Shown: positions 44,879 through 54,671 of the stretch, piece after piece
Position numbering within the stretch: position 1 is the first letter of the stretch
How the letters are laid out: each line of letters begins with the position of its first letter
From: Candidatus Magasanikiibacteriota bacterium
GTDB lineage: Bacteria > Patescibacteriota > Patescibacteriia > Magasanikbacterales > UBA922
Direction of reading: 5' to 3'
NCBI GenBank assembly: GCA_042218065.1
Contig: JBDGRL010000002.1
Span: 15,539-79,538 of the forward strand
DNA: 64,000 nt
Notes under the pieces: model-generated
What the model was told of the DNA's origin: nothing
The model's database searches: none
What the model saw: only the letters and a program-made list of their open reading frames with translations
Program-made: the position numbers and the translations under genes

Positions 44879-45835
44879 ATGATTAGTTCATCTAATATAA
44901 TATCCAGAAGCATTTCTGTATATAAGAATAATTTTCTGGATTATGTAAAATATATCGTACTAGGTTTACTTCCCGGTGCAATAATGGGTGGTCTATTCTT
45001 AGTTTTTGGTTCTGCTGCTGCGATAGGGATTGTAGGATCGGGTATGAGTAGTACGGCTTCTTTAGTTTTTGGGGTTATTCTTTTTGCCATTATAGTTTTA
45101 TTTGCCATAGGTTTGTCCTTATGGGTTAATTTTGCGTTTATTAGAATGATCGGCTTAAAAGCAAGAGGAGAAGATACTGAAGGGGTTTTAGATAATTTTA
45201 TTGCCGTACGTTCTAAGTTTTGGCGGGCAATCGGGGCTAGCATTGTCATGAGTATATACGGAGGTTGGCCTCTGATTGTGGTTTCTTTGTTTTATTATTT
45301 GTATAGCTTAACAGGAGCAGAAGTAAGTGGTTCTGTATTAGTAGTATTTGCACTACTTGGATTGGCTGCGTTATTTTTGGGTATCTACTTTTTTGTAAGA
45401 GTGTTTTTCTCTGTTTTTCATGTCATTTTAGGTGATGCTGATATTTTTGAAGCTATAGATTACAGCCAAGATCAAGTAATAGGAAGCTGGTTTGGTGTGT
45501 TTTGGAGGCTTATTGCTCCTGCAATTGTATTTTTCATCATCAGTATTCTAGCACAAATTCTGCTTGGAGGTCTCTCAGCAGTTATAGATGCTACTGCAGT
45601 TTCTTTGCTTCTTTCCTTGCTTTTGTTTGCAATTCAAGTTCTAGTTCCACCACTATTTCCAACTGCACAGGTAGTTTTATACAATGATTTAGCTAACTCA
45701 AACCCTTCTTTGGGTGAGGATGAAGACAGCTCGGTGGATAGTTCTAAAGAAAAAGAAGATAAATCAAATACGAAAGAAGGGCAATCTGAAGAGAACCAAG
45801 CCGATGTCGATCTCAACGAATCCTTGGATAGCTAA
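44879..45835 (+). CDS. Polytopic membrane protein with acidic tail
   Basis: About 6 TM; S...VIGSWFGVFWRL motif; paralog of the next gene. Confidence 0.75.
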   Translation: MISSSNIISRSISVYKNNFLDYVKYIVLGLLPGAIMGGLFLVFGSAAAIGIVGSGMSSTASLVFGVILFAIIVLFAIGLSLWVNFAFIRMIGLKARGEDTEGVLDNFIAVRSKFWRAIGASIVMSIYGGWPLIVVSLFYYLYSLTGAEVSGSVLVVFALLGLAALFLGIYFFVRVFFSVFHVILGDADIFEAIDYSQDQVIGSWFGVFWRLIAPAIVFFIISILAQILLGGLSAVIDATAVSLLLSLLLFAIQVLVPPLFPTAQVVLYNDLANSNPSLGEDEDSSVDSSKEKEDKSNTKEGQSEENQADVDLNESLDS

Positions 45836-45893
45836 TTAAGAAGCTGAATTACCTGGAAATCAAAATTAAATTAAACAAAGCAAAGCAGACAAA

Positions 45894-46679
45894 ATGCTTA
45901 TTAGTGCAAGTAAAATAATTACAAAAAGTGTAGAACTATACCGGGAACATTGGAGAAAGATTCTAGAATATGTAGGAGTATTTTTTGTATCAATTTTGCT
46001 ATTAATTGTATTACAGCAATTAATTTTTCCTCCCAAAACAATAGTTATAACCAGCATCTCTGATATTAATGCAACCTATATTGCTTATCTCATATACAAG
46101 GCTGTTTTCATAATAGTTTTACTTTGGCTTACAGTAGGTCTTATTAAGGCAATGGCTCGTTGCTATAAAGGAAAGAAACCTCAAGGCATGAAAAATGAGT
46201 TAGAGTATAGTGCTAAGCATATCCTTTCTATAATAGGTGTTTCTATAGCAGTAAGCTTGACTGTTTCTGTGGGGTTTTTGTTGCTAATTATACCCGGAAT
46301 TATATTTTCAGTTTGGTTTAACTTTGCCTTGTATAGAGTAGCGCTGGAAGATGAAACTCCGATAACTGCAATGAAAGAAAGTAAAGAGCTGGTAGAAGGT
46401 AGGTGGTGGTCTGTTTTGTGGAGACTATTCTTGCCAGCTTTTGTTTTAAATTTAGGAATATTTTTGATTCAAGGGATTTTGATATTTGTTATTCGTATGA
46501 TAACGCCTAATGCTTTGATTATTAATACAGCTTCGGGTATAGCTAGTCTGTTTTTGTTCCCTGTTACACTTTTGGCAGCTATTATTTTATATATAGAGCT
46601 CAAAAAGACACCCGTAGAACAAAACCAACCACACCCAGAACCAAATAGCGATTCAGAGAGTAATGTGATAGAGAGTTAG
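45894..46679 (+). CDS. Polytopic membrane protein (GPDPase_memb-like)
   Basis: GFLLLIIPGIIFSVWF, SKELVEGRWWSVLWRL. Confidence 0.78.
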   Translation: MLISASKIITKSVELYREHWRKILEYVGVFFVSILLLIVLQQLIFPPKTIVITSISDINATYIAYLIYKAVFIIVLLWLTVGLIKAMARCYKGKKPQGMKNELEYSAKHILSIIGVSIAVSLTVSVGFLLLIIPGIIFSVWFNFALYRVALEDETPITAMKESKELVEGRWWSVLWRLFLPAFVLNLGIFLIQGILIFVIRMITPNALIINTASGIASLFLFPVTLLAAIILYIELKKTPVEQNQPHPEPNSDSESNVIES

Positions 46680-46761
46680 TAAAATGGTTTAGAGATATTC
46701 GCAAGAAATTATACAATTTATTAGAAATTATTGAATATAAGCTAAAATAACAAACACAATT

Positions 46762-48309
46762 ATGCCAGATTATACACCGGTAATAGGAATGGAAGTGCAC
46801 GTACAACTTAAAACAGAAAGTAAGATGTTTTCTTCTGCTAAGAATGAGCTGGATGAAGAAGAGCCAAATGTGAATATAAATGAGATTGATTTAGGTCATC
46901 CCGGGACACTACCTGTTCCCAATAAGAAAGCCATAGAATGGACAGCAAAGATAGGGTCAGCCTTGGGTTGCGATATTGCTGAAGAATCGAAGTTTGATCG
47001 TAAGCATTATTTTTACCCTGATCTTCCTAAAGGATATCAAATCTCACAGTATGATCAGCCAATTGCAAAAGATGGAGAGCTGCAGCTAGAATTTTATTTA
47101 GATGATAATATTCGCGATGAAGCAAAAATAGGGATTAAACGAGCTCACCTGGAAGAAGATACAGGAAAATCAACCCATGACATTCATGGCAATACAATGG
47201 TCGACTTTAACAGAGCAGGCACTCCCTTGGTAGAGATAGTCACAAATCCAGATTTTAGGAACGGCTTGGAGGCAAAAAAGTATTGCCAGGAGCTCCAAAG
47301 AATTTTGAGATATTTGGAGGTAAGTGATGCTGATATGGAGAAGGGGCACATGAGATGCGAGGCTAATATTTCCCTACAAGAAGTCGGTAAATTTGAAAAA
47401 GAAGATGGTGAAATTAAACCTTTGGGTGATTATAATTTAAATAATAAGGTAGAAGTCAAAAATTTGAACTCATTTAAGGTTGTAAAAGAGGCGATAGACT
47501 ATGAGATAGATCGTCAAAAAGCAATGCTGGAAGAAGGTGATTCATGGATACAACAAACTCGTGGCTGGAATGAAAATGAAAAGAAGACAGAACTACAAAG
47601 AAAGAAGGAGACAGCAGCGGACTATAGGTATTTTCCTGAGCCTGATATCCCTCCTTTTAACCCTTTAGAAATTTCAGGTGGTTTATCTATTCCGGAGTTA
47701 CCTATTGAAAAAAGATTGCGTTTTCATAATGAGTATGGTTTTTCTTACTCCGACGCTGAACAATTAACCAGAAGCAAAAAGTGGGCAAGTTTTGCTGAAG
47801 GAGTTATGAGTGATCTTGTTAGTTGGCTTCATGCTTCTGATGATATAGAGAGTGATACTGATGAAATTTTAAAAAACAGGAAGGAAGAGCTGGCACAGCT
47901 TGCCGGAAACTGGATGAATAATGAATTAAAAGGGAAACTCAAAGAAACACAAAAAAATATTGATGATTTATCTTTTGCTCAAGAAAATTTTGCCGAATTA
48001 ATAACTTTAATTTACACCGATCAAGTTAATTCTACTAATGCCAGCAAGATTCTGGAGAAAATGATAGATTCTGATACGGACATTGATCCAAGCCACATTA
48101 TGGAAGAGGAGGGATATGGGCAGATTAGTGATGAAGATAAGATTGAGGAAATTGTTGAAGAGGTAATAGATGACAATCCAGAACAGGTTCAGCAATACAG
48201 GGACGGTAAAGAGGGGGTGCTGGAATACTTAGTAGGAATGGTTATGAGAGCAACTGAAGGTAGTGCCGACCCACAACAAGCTAAAAAAACATTAAAAGAT
48301 AAGCTGTAA
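46762..48309 (+). CDS. gatB: Asp/Glu-tRNA amidotransferase subunit B
   Basis: IGMEVHVQL, HPGTLP, FDRKHYFYPDLPKGYQISQ, HLEED, DYRYFPEPD. Confidence 0.97.
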   Translation: MPDYTPVIGMEVHVQLKTESKMFSSAKNELDEEEPNVNINEIDLGHPGTLPVPNKKAIEWTAKIGSALGCDIAEESKFDRKHYFYPDLPKGYQISQYDQPIAKDGELQLEFYLDDNIRDEAKIGIKRAHLEEDTGKSTHDIHGNTMVDFNRAGTPLVEIVTNPDFRNGLEAKKYCQELQRILRYLEVSDADMEKGHMRCEANISLQEVGKFEKEDGEIKPLGDYNLNNKVEVKNLNSFKVVKEAIDYEIDRQKAMLEEGDSWIQQTRGWNENEKKTELQRKKETAADYRYFPEPDIPPFNPLEISGGLSIPELPIEKRLRFHNEYGFSYSDAEQLTRSKKWASFAEGVMSDLVSWLHASDDIESDTDEILKNRKEELAQLAGNWMNNELKGKLKETQKNIDDLSFAQENFAELITLIYTDQVNSTNASKILEKMIDSDTDIDPSHIMEEEGYGQISDEDKIEEIVEEVIDDNPEQVQQYRDGKEGVLEYLVGMVMRATEGSADPQQAKKTLKDKL

Positions 48310-48402
48310 AACACTTAATCCTACTCTTTTTAGCTCTCTTGTTTTATTTTCAGCTAAGAATTAATTTTTAAATTGAGCTCAATATTTTGGAAGAAGAATT
48401 AA

Positions 48403-48525
48403 TTATATTTTTTGAACGGTGACTTAGGTGTGTCAGTTTCGATTGCAGTGACTGATGCAGTAGTAAATATTATTGAGTATTATTTTCATGAGAGAATTTG
48501 GAATGGTATCAAGTGGGCGAAGTAA
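48403..48525 (+). pseudogene. DUF2061 C-terminal remnant
   Basis: Startless frame ...GDLGVSVSIAVTDAVVNIIEYYFHERIWNGIKWAK*. Confidence 0.65.
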
Positions 48526-48526
48526 T

Positions 48527-49072
48527 TTAGTTTATGGTGATGTTTTCCTCTAAGATAGAATATTTTAGTATATAATAAGACAAAAATTCATTTTTTATGT
48601 CGCCTTTTATGGCCATTTCGGCTGCTTTTTCTAGATTAAAAAATTTCACCTCCTCTACCATCTCCCCCTTGTCTTCTTCAATAGAACTTTCCTCTAGATT
48701 TTTAGCGATATAAAAATATACATCCCATACAAAGTAGGAAGAATCTTCATTTTTCTTGTATAGCTCAAGCTGATTCGCTTTATATCCAGCTTCTTCTTGT
48801 AGCTCTTTTTGGGCTGCTTCCTCTGGTGTTTCATCTTGTTCTATTTTTCCTGCCGGCAAAAACCACGTCGGTTCAGAATACCTGAATCTTTCCTCTTTTA
48901 TTAAAAGTAATTGCCCTTCTTCGTTAAAAGCAAATACATTTACACTGGGAGAGCGATAACACAATTCATAAGTAGCAGTTTCACCGTCTTCATATTCTAC
49001 TTTTTGAGTTTGAATGCTGAATATTTTACCTTCGTATTGTGTTTCCGGTTGTTTGATTGGTTTTGGTTGCAT
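48527..49072 (-). CDS. NUDIX hydrolase (ADP-ribose pyrophosphatase-like)
   Basis: PAGKIEQDETPEEAAQKELQEEAG Nudix box. Confidence 0.9.
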   Translation of the reverse strand: MQPKPIKQPETQYEGKIFSIQTQKVEYEDGETATYELCYRSPSVNVFAFNEEGQLLLIKEERFRYSEPTWFLPAGKIEQDETPEEAAQKELQEEAGYKANQLELYKKNEDSSYFVWDVYFYIAKNLEESSIEEDKGEMVEEVKFFNLEKAAEMAIKGDIKNEFLSYYILKYSILEENITIN

Positions 49073-49492
49073 GAAGTTTTATTTACCTTTGCAGGTAGAT
49101 ATTTACATTTTCTATAAACTTAGTAGTACTAGACTTATAACTGTTCTTTAATATCTATTTTTCAAAACTATTTTTTCAAAAGCTTTTAATTAAAATAATA
49201 TTATTACTAAAAAAATACAAATCACCATTATTGTTTATAGACAAAAATAATACACAACTTTCTGTTTTCAGGCACATTTTGAAATGGCGTTGCGTATATT
49301 TGTTAGTATGCAATACTACACGAAACTGTTTAGCCTCTCTTCACTGCTGTCTTAAGTAGCGTTGACAAGCCCATAGTACGGTGGAATAAATATTTTTTTT
49401 ACACTATACTACACTACATAGTATTTGACGAGCTTCGTAATTAAAAGGCAAAAGGTAGTGGCTATAGTATTATTTATTTTTAAAGAACTTAT

Positions 49493-50242
49493 ATGAGAAA
49501 AATAGTAATTATAACAATCTCATTAACTTTACTGTTTCCTTTTTGGGTAGAAGCCCAGGGGATAAAATACACCGACCAACAAGATCACTACTCTTTTAGT
49601 GTTCCAAAAGGATGGACTGAAATACCGAAGGAGCAAATTGAACAACTAGAACAAAATGTACAAAAACAGTTTGGGGGGAAGGGCCAGGTGATAGATTATA
49701 AAACCGGTTTTCAACCCAAAAGCCATAAAAGGATTAGACCTCCTCATATAATTGTACAAGTACAAAAACACAAATCAATAAATACCCCCTCTTATAGTCA
49801 GATTAAAGAAATATTACAAAATAAAAAACCTATAAGAAAACTTGAAGGTAAAAGTAATTTATCTGAATTATTATCTAATGCTGAAATCAATGAGCCTATT
49901 ATAGATAAAGAAAGAAATATTGTACTTACAAATATGGAGACTAATTTGAAAAATGGTAAAAAATTAAAAATGATGATGGTTATGTTTTTAGGTAAAAAAA
50001 ATATTACACAATTGAATTTTTACTCCTTAAAATCTGAATACTCAAAAAATTTGCCAATCTTCAAAAAAGTTATTGATTCGTTCAAGTATGAGCAGGGATA
50101 CAAATATAATTTAGAACAAGCAAAGAAAAATGACCCCCCAAGCATTTTTGAGGGGATGACAGAAGCAGGAATTAAGGGACTGATAGGAGGGGTGCTTTTA
50201 GCATTAGTTGGTGGTTTAGTTTATAAGTCTAAAAGTAAATAG
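49493..50242 (+). CDS. Exported protein with C-terminal TM anchor (PsbP/Mog1-like fold possible)
   Basis: Signal peptide, YSFSVPKGW, FKKVIDSFKY, C-terminal TM. Confidence 0.65.
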   Translation: MRKIVIITISLTLLFPFWVEAQGIKYTDQQDHYSFSVPKGWTEIPKEQIEQLEQNVQKQFGGKGQVIDYKTGFQPKSHKRIRPPHIIVQVQKHKSINTPSYSQIKEILQNKKPIRKLEGKSNLSELLSNAEINEPIIDKERNIVLTNMETNLKNGKKLKMMMVMFLGKKNITQLNFYSLKSEYSKNLPIFKKVIDSFKYEQGYKYNLEQAKKNDPPSIFEGMTEAGIKGLIGGVLLALVGGLVYKSKSK

Positions 50243-50296
50243 AAATATATTAAGGTTTAAATTTTCAAAGTTTATGAATTATTTTTTTTGCAGTTT

Positions 50297-51706
50297 TTAA
50301 TACCGATAATACTCCGGCTTCATCGGCCCATCTTTATTCACTCCGAGATAATCCGCTTGTTCTTCACTAATTTCGGTGAGATTTACTCCTAGTTTATCTA
50401 AGTGAAGTCGAGCAACCTCCTCATCTAGATGTTTTGGTAGTCGATAAACATTTTTTTCATATTTTTCCTTATTTTCCCACAGCTCCATTTGTGCCATTAC
50501 CTGGTTGGTAAAGGATGCACTCATGACAAAGCTGGGATGGCCGGTAGCACAGCCTAGATTTACCAATCGCCCTTCGGCTAGCAGAAATATACTATTTCCG
50601 TTGTCAAAAGTATAACGATCTACTTGCTCTTTTATGCTATCCTTCTCAGCAGAAGAATTATTTAGAGCTGAAACTTGGATTTCATTATCAAAGTGGCCGA
50701 TATTGCAGACAATTGCTTGGTCTTTCATTTGCTTCATATGCTCAAGCGTAATTACATCTTTGTTTCCGGTAGCAGTTACATAAATGTCAGCTTTTCCTAG
50801 CGTATCCTCGATTGTGGTTACTTCATAGCCTTCCATGACAGCTTGTAGAGCACAGATCGGATCGATCTCAGCTACTATTACACGACAGCCTTGTCCGTCC
50901 AGTGCCTGAACCACACCTTTGCCTACATCGCCATAACCGCAAACTACAGCAGTCTTGCCACCCAGCATTACATCCATCGACCTGTTTAATCCATCAACTA
51001 TTGAGTGACGGCAGCCATATTTATTATCAAATTTTGATTTGGTGACTGAGTCATTTACATTTATTGCTGGAAAAAGTAGCTTATTTTCTTCAGCTAGCTC
51101 ATAAAGTCTGTGTACTCCGGTAGTGGTTTCTTCTGACACTCCCTTGATATTCTCTGCTACTTTATGCCAGCGATTTTCATCTTTTTCATATTCTTTTTTT
51201 AATTTTTTGATCAGCTCTTGTTTACTTTCTGGTTTGTCAGATAAGTCCTGCTCAAGCAGCTCTGGGTTTTCTTCTAGTTCATAGCCTTTGTGTACCATCA
51301 ATGTTGCATCCCCACCATCGTCTACTATCAGATCAGGACCATTTCCGTCGCCAAAGTTCAGTGCTTGTTCTGTACACCACCAATACTCTTCGACAGTTTC
51401 GCCCTCCCAAGCAAAAACCGAGATATCTTGATCAGCTATAGCTGCAGCGGCATGGTCTTGGGTAGAGAAGATATTACAGCTAGCCCAACGGACTTCTGCA
51501 CCTAATGCATCCAGAGTTTCAATCAATACTGCAGTCTGGACAGTCATATGCAACGACCCCATTATTTTTACTCCTTCTAGGGGTTTATCATCGGCATATT
51601 TGTCTTTGACTTGCATTAGACCGGGCATTTCTTGTTTGGCTACTTCTATCTCTTTGTGTCCTTCATCGGCTAGGTTAATATCTGCTATTTTATAGTCATT
51701 GGACAT
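50297..51706 (-). CDS. ahcY: S-adenosylhomocysteine hydrolase
   Basis: [53 protein letters not shown]. Confidence 0.98.
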   Translation of the reverse strand: MSNDYKIADINLADEGHKEIEVAKQEMPGLMQVKDKYADDKPLEGVKIMGSLHMTVQTAVLIETLDALGAEVRWASCNIFSTQDHAAAAIADQDISVFAWEGETVEEYWWCTEQALNFGDGNGPDLIVDDGGDATLMVHKGYELEENPELLEQDLSDKPESKQELIKKLKKEYEKDENRWHKVAENIKGVSEETTTGVHRLYELAEENKLLFPAINVNDSVTKSKFDNKYGCRHSIVDGLNRSMDVMLGGKTAVVCGYGDVGKGVVQALDGQGCRVIVAEIDPICALQAVMEGYEVTTIEDTLGKADIYVTATGNKDVITLEHMKQMKDQAIVCNIGHFDNEIQVSALNNSSAEKDSIKEQVDRYTFDNGNSIFLLAEGRLVNLGCATGHPSFVMSASFTNQVMAQMELWENKEKYEKNVYRLPKHLDEEVARLHLDKLGVNLTEISEEQADYLGVNKDGPMKPEYYRY

Positions 51707-51718
51707 AACTGGTGTTTA

Positions 51719-52675
51719 TTATGATTTAAAAAGTTTATCGGGTAGTTTTTTGTTATATTCTTGTTTGAATCTTTTCTCAAAACTTTTTTGATCAAATTCA
51801 TATTCTTGAGTTCCATAATTTTCTACTGCATAAACAGCAGAGGTAGATGCTATCTGTCCGCAAGTTTTAAGGTCTAATCCTGAATTATAGCTAGCAATGA
51901 AACCGGCCCTATAAGCGTCCCCTGCACCTGTAGGGTCTAGGTTTTCTCTTGGACTGCAAGCTTCTATGTCTAGTTTTTTTTCTTTAGTTTTAATTATTGA
52001 ACCCTTTGGCCCTTTTGTTTTTATCAAGATTTCGACTTGTTCTTCAAGTTCTTTTTCGCTAATATTTGCTTGGTCAGTAATTAGTTCAATTTCATAATCA
52101 TTACCAATAGCAATATGGGCTCTTTTTAGGGAAGATTTTATTTGTTTTTCACTAAAACTAGTGATTTGTTGTCCAGGATCGAAAGCAAATTTGATATTTT
52201 TTTCCTTGCACTCTTTTCCAAATTTAACAAAAGCCTCGGGTTTAGAAGGTGAATGAATAGCGAAGTCAATATTTTCTTCTACATCTTTTATGCTCATTTC
52301 ATCTGTGTACGTTAAGGCTCCATTATGGAATGCTGTAATCTGATTATCTTTTTTGTCTGTAGTTATATGTGCCGAAGCAGTCATTTCCTTTTCTATTTGT
52401 TTTATATAGGTTGTATCTATTCCTTTTTGTTGTAATTTTTCGATATATTCGTCTCCATCTTTGCCTAAAGGGGCTAATATTATGGGGTGTCGACCAAGAA
52501 AGTTTAAAGTGTGTGCAATATTTCCAGCTGTCCCACCTAGATTTTTTTCTAGTTGATCTATATTAAAGGAAACACTAAGTTCGTGGATTTTGTCTTCGAT
52601 AATGTAGTCTTCAAACTTTCCCGGAAAATCCATAATGTAATCATAGCATAGTGATCCTGTAACTAAGATCGACAT
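51719..52675 (-). CDS. PfkB-family adenosine kinase
   Basis: TGSLCYD, GGTAGNIA, DPGQ, NDYE, DPTGAGDAYRAG; next to ahcY. Confidence 0.88.
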   Translation of the reverse strand: MSILVTGSLCYDYIMDFPGKFEDYIIEDKIHELSVSFNIDQLEKNLGGTAGNIAHTLNFLGRHPIILAPLGKDGDEYIEKLQQKGIDTTYIKQIEKEMTASAHITTDKKDNQITAFHNGALTYTDEMSIKDVEENIDFAIHSPSKPEAFVKFGKECKEKNIKFAFDPGQQITSFSEKQIKSSLKRAHIAIGNDYEIELITDQANISEKELEEQVEILIKTKGPKGSIIKTKEKKLDIEACSPRENLDPTGAGDAYRAGFIASYNSGLDLKTCGQIASTSAVYAVENYGTQEYEFDQKSFEKRFKQEYNKKLPDKLFKS

Positions 52676-52739
52676 AACTGATATGAAATTAATAAATAAA
52701 TTTTGCCACGCCCCCCTTATGCGTGGCTTCTCCTTCGTT

Positions 52740-52919
52740 TTAGTCTGCTCCTATCTGTTTTTCTATATGTTCAATATCATATTTAGGCCCATCTTCATCT
52801 GACCTACTTTGTGATACTTTTGCCCTGAACCTATGCAAGAAAAGTCTGTTTTCATCTATATCAGACTTATTTGTGTCTTTTTTCTGTTCTGAGCCTTCAC
52901 ACTCTGAGCCTTCACACAT
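52740..52919 (-). CDS. 59-aa hypothetical protein with CEGSE tandem repeat
   Basis: Below the ORF-track cutoff; GAGG SD then MCEGSECEGSEQKK...IGAD*. Confidence 0.45.
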   Translation of the reverse strand: MCEGSECEGSEQKKDTNKSDIDENRLFLHRFRAKVSQSRSDEDGPKYDIEHIEKQIGAD

Positions 52920-53015
52920 TGTATTTCCTCTTGTCTGTAGGAGCTGAACTCTATCAAATTATAACTTTTTTAGAATTTTTTTGCCAGAGAAAGATAATCA
53001 AAATTTAGTTCTATT

Positions 53016-53534
53016 TTATTCCTCTAGGGTAAATCGCAAGGGCTTATCTGCCCATTCTTTAGCATAATCTACACCTATGCGTGGACTAGAGTTTATCTGG
53101 TCTTTTGAAATTTTATTTTTATTATCTTCGATCCATAAACCTGTTTTTTTATTTGCCGGTTTATTATTATAAGACCTATTAATATTTAGTTCTCGAGTTA
53201 ATATACCCGGACCATCGTACTCTCCTGCAGATCTTATAAGCACGGCGCAGGGGGTATTTTTTTCTTCTGTGACTATATTGAGCATATCGTACATGCCATA
53301 GATTAAATATACATACCAGACTCCGGGTGGGCCATACATGACTTTGGTTCTGTCAGTTTTTCCTGAGTGAGCATGGCAAGCTTTGTCTTCTTCCCCTAAA
53401 TATGCCTCAGTTTCCTTTATTTTTAATTTTTTTAAACCTTGTTTTTCTTGTTTGACTATATGTTTCCCTAATAGGTCTTTAACAATTTTAATTGTATCTT
53501 GATTAAAATACTCTTGACCTAAGATTTTATTCAT
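53016..53534 (-). CDS. mpg: DNA-3-methyladenine glycosylase (MPG/AAG)
   Basis: LLGK, ETEAYLG.EDKACH, YVYLIYGM, AVLIR, GPG, SPRIG, PLRF. Confidence 0.93.
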   Translation of the reverse strand: MNKILGQEYFNQDTIKIVKDLLGKHIVKQEKQGLKKLKIKETEAYLGEEDKACHAHSGKTDRTKVMYGPPGVWYVYLIYGMYDMLNIVTEEKNTPCAVLIRSAGEYDGPGILTRELNINRSYNNKPANKKTGLWIEDNKNKISKDQINSSPRIGVDYAKEWADKPLRFTLEE

Positions 53535-53582
53535 TGTATTTTTTTGAGTATAGTAATTTAAAAGACAACTAATATCAAACCT

Positions 53583-54161
53583 ATGGATATCAACTCAGTT
53601 TTAGATCAATCTCAAAACTTAGAACCTACCTCCGGAGGAGATGATAAGATCGATGATATGTTATTTGATGACGATGATGATAACCCCCAAGAAAGTGAAC
53701 AACAAAAAACAAGGAAAGAGTATTCGCAGGAGGAACTGCAAGAAAAACTTAAAAATTTAAAAGAAAAAATAAAATCTAGAAAATGTGACACTTACCCCGA
53801 AGCCGATGCAGAAGATAGGCTTGAGGAGATAGAAAGACAATCCAGTACAGTAGGTTTAGAGAGCATTTCTGGTACAGTAAATGACCTTAAGCTTGATTTA
53901 GAAAATATTGTCCAAGAAACAGAGCAGGGTTTAGAAAAAGAACCAATACAAAAACTGAAAGAAAATGATATTTCTAAGGCTGAACTTAAAAGAGGCCAAA
54001 AAGAGTTATTAGATCTCAAGGAAGCATATGAAGAACGCATGGAAAGATTGTGGGAGCGGGTAGAGAGATTAGAGACCGAACTAGAAGAAGGTGATTCTGG
54101 CACAGATGACTTTTCTGCTGGCATGGGTGATATTAGTAATGGGGGACTAGGAGCAATTTAA
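53583..54161 (+). CDS. Acidic coiled-coil hypothetical protein
   Basis: E/D-rich ORF with heptad-like repeats. Confidence 0.6.
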   Translation: MDINSVLDQSQNLEPTSGGDDKIDDMLFDDDDDNPQESEQQKTRKEYSQEELQEKLKNLKEKIKSRKCDTYPEADAEDRLEEIERQSSTVGLESISGTVNDLKLDLENIVQETEQGLEKEPIQKLKENDISKAELKRGQKELLDLKEAYEERMERLWERVERLETELEEGDSGTDDFSAGMGDISNGGLGAI

Positions 54162-54219
54162 TTTTTTTTATTTAAAAACAGATGTTATACTAAAGATAGT
54201 TTATTTTTAACAGAGATTT

Positions 54220-54555
54220 ATGGGCAGTCTTTATGCGTTTCTTCCTCTGCTCGTGACCATAATTATATATGCATATTTTGCATATAGTCTTATGGTTATA
54301 GCTCAAAGACTAAACGTAGAGAACGCTTGGCTAGCTTGGATCCCGATAGTTAACCTATATACTCTGGTTATGGCAGCAGGTCGTCCAGCATGGTGGTTCA
54401 TACTAATGCTTATCCCGGTTGTTAATTTGATTGTGATGATAGTAGCTTGGATGGACATTGCTGGCCGCTTAGGTAAACCCAAGTGGGTTGGAATTTTAGT
54501 TATAATTCCAGTAGTTCAGCTGATATTGCCTGGTTATTTGGCTTTTAGTAACTAA
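54220..54555 (+). CDS. DUF5684-like small membrane protein
   Basis: AWLAWIPIVNLY, WW..LMLIPVVN, LGK..G, YLAF. Confidence 0.8.
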   Translation: MGSLYAFLPLLVTIIIYAYFAYSLMVIAQRLNVENAWLAWIPIVNLYTLVMAAGRPAWWFILMLIPVVNLIVMIVAWMDIAGRLGKPKWVGILVIIPVVQLILPGYLAFSN

Positions 54556-54580
54556 GAGAAAAAACAACTTGTTTTGATAA

Positions 54581-54604
54581 AGGGGCCGAAAGGCCCCTCT
54601 TTTT
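54581..54604 (+). terminator. Rho-independent terminator
   Basis: AGGGGCC-GAAA-GGCCCCT followed by CTTTTT. Confidence 0.8.
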
Positions 54605-54671
54605 AATTATCCACAGTTGATACCGAAATTTTTATAGGTATACTAAAAAGTGTCAAAATAAAATAACCTAC

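Noticed and set aside
49260-49450. Integron attC or ncRNA in the intergenic region
   Set aside because: Only short weak hairpins and TACACTA repeats; no paired R boxes and no integrase
52690-52740. SAH or SAM riboswitch upstream of adenosine kinase-ahcY
   Set aside because: Only a simple 7-bp hairpin; consensus nucleotides are absent
54608-54616. Isolated TTATCCACA
   Set aside because: A single box without a cluster; could be chance
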